From Auanema rhodensis (taxonomy: Eukaryota; Animalia; Nematoda): a stretch of DNA of 64,000 nt. Where the stretch lies: assembly GCA_964057225.1 (NCBI GenBank), contig OZ059899.1, positions 1,116,001 to 1,180,000 on the forward strand, read 5' to 3'. The position numbers and the translations under genes were made by a program. The stretch's first letter is position 1. Every line of letters begins with the position of its first letter. Of this stretch, positions 55,501 to 64,000 are shown in pieces. The notes beneath the pieces are model-generated. The model was not told the origin of the DNA. It did not search any database and was given only the letters and a program-made list of their open reading frames with translations.

Positions 55501-58500
55501 TCGAATGCACTATACTACATCGAGAAACGCTTAATACAAAAATTAGTTATGATCGTTTGAAAAATGATGCATTAGTGTATGTTGAGTTTCCATGTACACT
55601 CAACATTGCTTCCAAAAACATTTTGACAAAAATTTTTTCGAAAAATTTCAAAATAATTTAGCAAAAAGTAGATGTTTTTAGATTCCATTTTTCAAGGCAA
55701 AGACGATAGACAATGTTATTCAACGAAAAAATTAATTCTTCAGGGTGAAAATCGAGAATATAAGTGTGAACTTATATCAGTTGATATCTCGGTGCATTTT
55801 TAAGCTAGCGCAAATCTGATAACACAGATCGACGCAGCTTAAAAATACGCATCGAATGCACTATACTACATCGAGAAACGCTTAATACAAAAATTAGTTA
55901 TGATCGTTTGAAAAATGATGCATTAGTGTATGTTGAGTTTCCATGTACACTCAACATTGCTTCCAAAAACATTTTGACAAAAATTTTTTCGAAAAATTTC
56001 AAAATAATTTAGCAAAAAGTAGATGTTTTTAGATTCCATTTTTCAAGGCAAAGACGATAGACAATGTTATTCAACGAAAAAATTAATTCTTCAGGGTGAA
56101 AATCGAGAATATAAGTGTGAACTTATATCAGTTGATATCTCGGTGCATTTTTAAGCTAGCGCAAATCTGATAACACAGATCGACGCAGCTTAAAAATCCG
56201 CATCGAATGCACTATACTACATTGAGAAACGCTTAATACACAAATTAGTTATGATCGTTTGAAAAATGATGCATTAGTGTATGTTGAGTTTCCATGTACA
56301 CTCAACATTGCTTCCAAAAACATTTTGACAAAAATTTTTTCGAAAAATTTCAAAATAATTTAGCAAAAAGTAGATGTTTTTAGATTCCTTTTCTTAAGGC
56401 AAAGACGATGGACAATGTTATTCGACGAAAAAATTAATTCTTCAGGGTGAAAATCGAGGATATAAGTGTGAACTTATATCAGTTGATATCTCGGTGCATT
56501 TTTAAGCTAGCGCAAATCTGATAACACAGATCGACGCAGCTTAAAAATCCGCATCGAATGCACTATACTACATCAAGAAACGCTTAATACACAAATTAGT
56601 TATGATCGTTTGAAAAATGATGCATTAGTGTATGTTGAGTTTCCATGTACAGTCAACATTGCTTCCAAAAACATTTTGACAAAAATTTTTTCGAAAAATT
56701 TCAAAATAATTTAGCAAAAAGTAGATGTTTTTAGATTCCATTTTTCAAGGCAAAGACGATAGACAATGTTATTCAACGAAAAAATTAATTCTTCAGGGTG
56801 AAAATCGAGAATATAAGTGTGAACTTATATCAGTTGATATCTCGGTGCATTTTTAAGCTAGCGCAAATCTGATAACACAGATCGACGCAGCTTAAAAATC
56901 CGCATCGAATGCACTATGCTACATCAAGAAACGCTTGATACAAAAATTAGTTATGATCGTTTGAAAAATGATGCATTAGTGTATGTTGAGTTTCCATGTA
57001 CACTCAACATTGCTTCCAAAAACATTTTGACAAAAATTTTTTCGAAAAATTTCAAAATAATTTAGCAAAAAGTAGATGTTTTTAGATTCCATTTTTCAAG
57101 GCAAAGACGATAGACAATGTTATTCAACGAAAAAATTAATTCTTCAGGGTGAAAATCGAGGATATAAGTGTGAACTTATATCAGTTGATATCTCGGTGCA
57201 TTTTTAAGCTACCGCAAATCTGATAACACAGATCGACGCAGCTTAAAAATCCGCATCGAATGCACTATACTACATTGAGAAACGCTTAATACAAAAATTA
57301 GTTATGATCGTTTGAAAAATGATGCATTAGTGTATGTTGAGTTTCCATGTACACTCAACATTGCTTCCAAAAACATTTTGACAAAAATTTTTTCGAAAAA
57401 TTTCAGAATAATTTAGCAAAAAGTAGATGTTTTTAGATTCCATTTTTCAAGGCAAAGACGATAGACAATGTTATTCAACGAAAAAATTAATTCTTCAGGG
57501 TGAAAATCGAGGATATAAGTGTGAACTTATATCAGTTGATATCTCGGTGCATTTTTAAGCTAGCGCAAATCTGATAACACAGATCGACGCAGCTTAAAAA
57601 TCCGCATCGAATGCACTATGCTACATCAAGAAACGCTTGATACAAAAATTAGTTATGATCGTTTGAAAAATGATGCATTAGTGTATGTTGAGTTTCCATG
57701 TACACTCAACATTGCTTCCAAAAACATTTTGACAAAAATTTTTTCGAAAAATTTCAAAATAATTTAGCAAAAAGTAGATGTTTTTAGATTCCATTTTTCA
57801 AGGCAAAGACGATAGACAATGTTATTCAACGAAAAAATTAATTCTTCAGGGTGAAAATCGAGGATATAAGTGTGAACTTATATCAGTTGATATCTCGGTG
57901 CATTTTTAAGCTAGCGCAAATCTGATAACACAGATCGACGCAGCTTAAAAATCCGCATCGAATGCACTATGCTACATCAAGAAACGCTTGATACAAAAAT
58001 TAGTTATGATCGTTTGAAAAATGATGCATTAGTGTATGTTGAGTTTCCATGTACACTCAACATTGCTTCCAAAAACATTTTGACAAAAATTTTTTCGAAA
58101 AATTTCAAAATAATTTAGCAAAAAGTAGATGTTTTTAGATTCCATTTTTCAAGGCAAAGACGATAGACAATGTTATTCAACGAAAAAATTAATTCTTCAG
58201 GGTGAAAATCGAGGATATAAGTGTGAACTTATATCAGTTGATATCTCGGTGCATTTTTAAGCTACCGCAAATCTGATAACACAGATCGACGCAGCTTAAA
58301 AATCCGCATCGAATGCACTATACTACATTGAGAAACGCTTAATACACAAATTAGTTATGATCGTTTGAAAAATGATGCATTAGTGTATGTTGAGTTTCCA
58401 TGTACACTCAACATTGCTTCCAAAAACATTTTGACAAAAATTTTTTCGAAAAATTTCAAAATAATTTAGCAAAAAGTAGATGTTTTTAGATTCCATTTTT

Positions 58501-60499
58501 CAAGGCAAAGACGATAGACAATGTTATTCAACGAAAAAATTAATTCTTCAGGGTGAAAATCGAGAATATAAGTGTGAACTTATATCAGTTGATATCTCGG
58601 TGCATTTTTAAGCTAGCGCAAATCTGATAACACAGATCGACGCAGCTTAAAAATACGCATCGAATGCACTATACTACATCGAGAAACGCTTAATACAAAA
58701 ATTAGTTATGATCGTTTGAAAAATGATGCATTAGTGTATGTTGAGTTTCCATGTACACTCAACATTGCTTCCAAAAACATTTTGACAAAAATTTTTTCGA
58801 AAAATTTCAAAATAATTTAGCAAAAAGTAGATGTTTTTAGATTCCATTTTTCAAGGCAAAGACGATAGACAATGTTATTCAACGAAAAAATTAATTCTTC
58901 AGGGTGAAAATCGAGGATATAAGTGTGAACTTATATCAGTTGATATCTCGGTGCATTTTTAAGCTAGCGCAAATCTGATAACACAGATCGACGCAGCTTA
59001 AAAATCCGCATCGAATGCACTATGCTACATCAAGAAACGCTTGATACAAAAATTAGTTATGATCGTTTGAAAAATGATGCATTAGTGTATGTTGAGTTTC
59101 CATGTACACTCAACATTGCTTCCAAAAACATTTTGACAAAAATTTTTTCGAAAAATTTCAAAATAATTTAGCAAAAAGTAGATGTTTTTAGATTCCATTT
59201 TTCAAGGCAAAGACGATAGACAATGTTATTCAACGAAAAAATTAATTCTTCAGGGTGAAAATCGAGGATATAAATGTGAACTTATATCAGTTGATATCTC
59301 GGTGCATTTTTAAGCTAGCGCAAATCTGATAACACAGATCGACGCAGCTTAAAAATCCGCATCGAATGCACTATGCTACATCAAGAAACGCTTGATACAA
59401 AAATTAGTTATGATCGTTTGAAAAATGATGCATTAGTGTATGTTGAGTTTCCATGTACACTCAACATTGCTTCCAAAAACATTTTGACAAAAATTTTTTC
59501 GAAAAATTTCAAAATAATTTAGCAAAAAGTAGATGTTTTTAGATTCCATTTTGCAAGGCAAAGACGATAGACAATGTTATTCAACGAAAAAATCAATTCT
59601 TCAGGGTGAAAATCGAGGATATAAGTGTGAACTTATATCAGTTGATATCTCGGTGCATTTTTAAGCTACCGCAAATCTGATAACACAGATCGACGCAGCT
59701 TAAAAATCCGCATCGAATGCACTATACTACATTGAGAAACGCTTAATACACAAATTAGTTATGATCGTTTGAAAAATGATGCATTAGTGTATGTTGAGTT
59801 TCCATGTACACTCAACATTGCTTCCAAAAACATTTTGACAAAAATGTTTTCGAAAAATTTCAAAATAATTTAGCAAAAAGTAGATGTTTTTAGATTCCAT
59901 TTTTCAAGGCAAAGACGATAGACAATGTTATTCAACGAAAAAATTAATTCTTCAGGGTGAAAATCGAGAATATAAGTGTGAACTTATATCAGTTGATATC
60001 TCGGTGCATTTTTAAGCTAGCACAAATCTGATAACACAGATCGACGCAGTTTAAAAATCCGCATCGAATGCACTATACTACATTGAGAAACGCTTAATAC
60101 ACAAATTAGTTATGATCGTTTGAAAAATGATGCATTAGTGTATGTTGAGTTTCCATGTACACTCAACATTGCTTCCAAAAACATTTTGACAAAAATTTTT
60201 TCGAAAAATTTCAAAATAATTTAGCAAAAAGTAGATGTTTTTAGATTCCACTTTTCAAGGCAAAGACGATAGACAATGTTATTCAACGAAAAAATTAATT
60301 CTTCAGGGTGAAAATCGAGAATATAAGTGTGAACTTATATCAGTTGATATCTCGGTGCATTTTTAAGCTAGCACAAATCTGATAACACAGATCGACGCAG
60401 TTTAAAAATCCGCATCGAATGCACTATACTACATTGAGAAACGCTTAATACACAAATTAGTTATGATCGTTTGAAAAATGATGCATTAGTGTATGTTGA

Positions 60500-63400
60500 G
60501 TTTCCATGTACACTCAACATTGCTTCCAAAAACATTTTGACAAAAATTTTTTCGAAAAATTTCAAAATAATTTAGCAAAAAGTAGATGTTTTTAGATTCC
60601 ATTTTTCAAGGCAAAGACGATAGACAATGTTATTCAACGAAAAAATTAATTCTTCAGGGTGAAAATCGAGAATATAAGTGTGAACTTATATCAGTTGATA
60701 TCTCGGTGCATTTTTAAGCTAGCGCAAATCTGATAACACAGATCGACGCAGCTTAAAAATCCGCATCGAATGCACTATACTACATCGAAAAACGCTTAAT
60801 ACAAAAATTAGTTATGATCGTTTGAAAAATGATGCATTAGTGTATGTTGAGTTTCCATGTACACTCAACATTGCTTCCAAAAACATTTTGACAAAAATTT
60901 TTTCGAAAAATTTCAAAATAATTTAGCAAAAAGTAGATGTTTTTAGATTCCATTTTTCAAGGCAAAGACGATAGACAATGTTATTCAACGAAAAAATTAT
61001 TTCTTCAGGGTGAAAATCGAGGATATAAGTGTGAACTTATATCAGTTGATATCTCGGTGCATTTTTAAGCTAGCGCAAATCTGATAACACAGATCGACGC
61101 AGCTTAAAAATCCGCATCGAATGCACTATGCTACATCAAGAAACGCTTGATACAAAAATTAGTTATGATCGTTTGAAAAATGATGCATTAGTGTATGTTG
61201 AGTTTCCATGTACACTCAACATTGCTTCCAAAAACATTTTGACAAAAATTTTTTCGAAAAATTTCAAAATAATTTAGCAAAAAGTAGATGTTTTTAGATT
61301 CCATTTTTCAAGGCAAAGACGATAGACAATGTTATTCAACGAAAAAATTAATTCTTCAGGGTGAAAATCGAGGATATAAGTGTGAACTTATATCAGTTGA
61401 TATCTCGGTGCATTTTTAAGCTACCGCAAATCTGATAACACAGATCGACGCAGCTTAAAAATCCGCATTGAATGCACTATACTACATTGAGAAACGCTTA
61501 ATACACAAATTAGTTATGATCGTTTGAAAAATGATGCATTAGTGTATGTTGAGTTTCCATGTACACTCAACATTGCTTCCAAAAACATTTTGACAAAAAT
61601 TTTTTCGAAAAATTTCAAAATAATTTAGCAAAAAGTAGATGTTTATAGATTCCTTTTTTCAAGGCAAAGACGATGGACAATGTTATTCAACGAAAAAATT
61701 AATTCTTCAGGGTGAAAATCGAGGATATAAGTGTGAACTTATATCAGTTGATATCTCGGTGCATTTTTAAGCTAGCGCAAATCTGATAACACAGATCGAC
61801 GCAGCTTAAAAATCCGCATCGAATGCACTATGCTACATCGAGAAACGCTTGATACAAAAATTAGTTATGATCGTTTGAAAAATGATGCATTAGTGTATGT
61901 TGAGTTTCCATGTACACTCAACATTGCTTCCAAAAACATTTTGACAAAAATTTTTTCGAAAAATTTCAAAATAATTCAGCAAAAAGTAGATGTTTTTAGA
62001 TTCCATTTTTCAAGGCAAAGACGATAGACAATGTTATTCAACAAAAAAATTAATTCTTCAGGGTGAAAATCGAGGATATAAGTGTGAACTTATATCAGTT
62101 GATATCTCGGTGCATTTTTAAGCTAGCGCAAATCTGATAACACAGATCGACGCAGCTTAAAAATCCGCATCGAATGCACTATACTACATTGAGAAACGCT
62201 TAATACAAAAATTAGTTATGATCGTTTGAAAAATGATGCATTAGTGTATGTTGAGTTTCCATGTACACTCAACATTGCTTCCAAAAACATTTTGACAAAA
62301 ATTTTTTCGAAAAATTTCAAAATAATTTAGCAAAAAGTAGATGTTTTTAGATTCCATTTTTCAAGGCAAAGACGATGGACAATGTTATTCAACGAAAAAA
62401 TTAATTCTTCAGGGTGAAAATCGAGGATATAAGTGTGAACTTATATCAGTTGATATCTCGGTGCATTTTTAAGCTACCGCAAATCTGATAACACAGATCG
62501 ACGCAGTTTAAAAATCCGCATCGAATGCACTATACTACATTGAGAAACGCTTAATACACAAATTAGTTATGATCGTTTGAAAAATGATGCATTAGTGTAT
62601 GTTGAGTTTCCATGTACACTCAACATTGCTTCCAAAAACATTTTGACAAAAATTTTTTCGAAAAATTTCAAAATAATTTAGCAAAAAGTAGATGTTTTTA
62701 GATTCCATTTTTCAAGGCAAAGACGATAGACAATGTTATTCAACGAAAAAATTAATTCTTCAGGGTGAAAATCGAGAATATAAGTGTGAACTTATATCAG
62801 TTGATATCTCGGTGCATTTTTAAGCTAGCGCAAATCTGATAACACAGATCGACGCAGCTTAAAAATCCGCATCGAATGCACTATACTACATCGAAAAACG
62901 CTTAATACAAAAATTAGTTATGATCGTTTGAAAAATGATGCATTAGTGTATGTTGAGTTTCCATGTACACTCAACATTGCTTCCAAAAACATTTTGACAA
63001 AAATTTTTTCGAAAAATTTCAAAATAATTTAGCAAAAAGTAGATGTTTTTAGATTCCATTTTTCAAGGCAAAGACGATAGACAATGTTATTCAACGAAAA
63101 AATTATTTCTTCAGGGTGAAAATCGAGGATATAAGTGTGAACTTATATCAGTTGATATCTCGGTGCATTTTTAAGCTAGCGCAAATCTGATAACACAGAT
63201 CGACGCAGCTTAAAAATCCGCATCGAATGCACTATGCTACATCAAGAAACGCTTGATACAAAAATTAGTTATGATCGTTTGAAAAATGATGCATTAGTGT
63301 ATGTTGAGTTTCCATGTACACTCAACATTGCTTCCAAAAACATTTTGACAAAAATTTTTTCGAAAAATTTCAAAATAATTTAGCAAAAAGTAGATGTTTT

Positions 63401-64000
63401 TAGATTCCATTTTTCAAGGCAAAGACGATAGACAATGTTATTCAACGAAAAAATTAATTCTTCAGGGTGAAAATCGAGGATATAAGTGTGAACTTATATC
63501 AGTTGATATCTCGGTGCATTTTTAAGCTACCGCAAATCTGATAACACAGATCGACGCAGCTTAAAAATCCGCATTGAATGCACTATACTACATTGAGAAA
63601 CGCTTAATACACAAATTAGTTATGATCGTTTGAAAAATGATGCATTAGTGTATGTTGAGTTTCCATGTACACTCAACATTGCTTCCAAAAACATTTTGAC
63701 AAAAATTTTTTCGAAAAATTTCAAAATAATTTAGCAAAAAGTAGATGTTTATAGATTCCTTTTTTCAAGGCAAAGACGATGGACAATGTTATTCAACGAA
63801 AAAATTAATTCTTCAGGGTGAAAATCGAGGATATAAGTGTGAACTTATATCAGTTGATATCTCGGTGCATTTTTAAGCTAGCGCAAATCTGATAACACAG
63901 ATAGACGCAGCTTAAAAATCCGCATCGAATGCACTATGCTACATCGAGAAACGCTTGATACAAAAATTAGTTATGATCGTTTGAAAAATGATGCATTAGT
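60500..64000 (+). repeat. Block duplication with 6-monomer (2106 bp) offset
   Basis: Private SNP pairs at 60789/62895, 61000/63106, 61469/63575 and 61645/63751. Confidence 0.85.

Larger units (their letters stand above)
1..64000. repeat. Tandem satellite DNA array, 351-bp monomer, ~182 head-to-tail copies
   Basis: GCAAAT(C/T)TGATAACACAGATCG recurs at 1, 352, 703, 1054 and so on. Phase is exact at 7021, 14041, 21061, 28081, 35101, 42121, 49141, 56161 and 63181 (=351*180+1). All ORF-track repeats are separated by multiples of 351. No unique sequence or inversion was seen. Confidence 0.99.

Noticed and set aside
4777-62027. All 13 ORF-track entries (63-79 aa) as protein-coding genes
   Set aside because: They lie in overlapping frames of the satellite monomer, are broken by stops in the great majority of copies, and show no recognisable domain.
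1-64000. CRISPR array or other repeat-spacer system
   Set aside because: There are no unique spacers. The whole 351 bp is repeated, and no cas genes are present.
1-64000. Sequencing concatemer or rolling-circle artefact
   Set aside because: Variants are heritable, linked, positionally clustered and nested in block duplications, unlike random read errors on one template. Exact copy number still needs read validation.

Overview
The whole 64 kb window is one uninterrupted head-to-tail tandem array (satellite DNA) of an AT-rich 351-bp monomer (about 32% GC by hand count; about 182.3 copies, all in the same orientation, running off both ends). Copies differ by only a handful of substitutions each. 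I see no net indel: every 20th monomer (1, 7021, 14041 ... 63181) starts exactly in phase with GCAAATCTGA. I found no genes, RNA genes, transposons or CRISPR array, and the short ORFs are chance by-products of the repeat. The information lies at two levels. (1) The monomer is rich in dyad symmetry: a 67-nt, 26-bp hairpin spanning the monomer junction, two 9-bp-arm inverted repeats whose centres are half a monomer (175/176 bp) apart, a TTTTTCGAAAAA palindrome, and an A/T-tract block. (2) Diagnostic SNPs show a layered history: a left and a right variant domain with a transition at about 18-28 kb, local 2-, 3- and 6-monomer periodicities, and block duplications offset by 8, 9, 15, 18 and 20/21 monomers. 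This fits a young, actively homogenising eukaryotic (peri)centromeric or heterochromatic satellite. I cannot name the family or host from the sequence alone. 'Pos' below means position within the monomer, with monomer n starting at 351*(n-1)+1.
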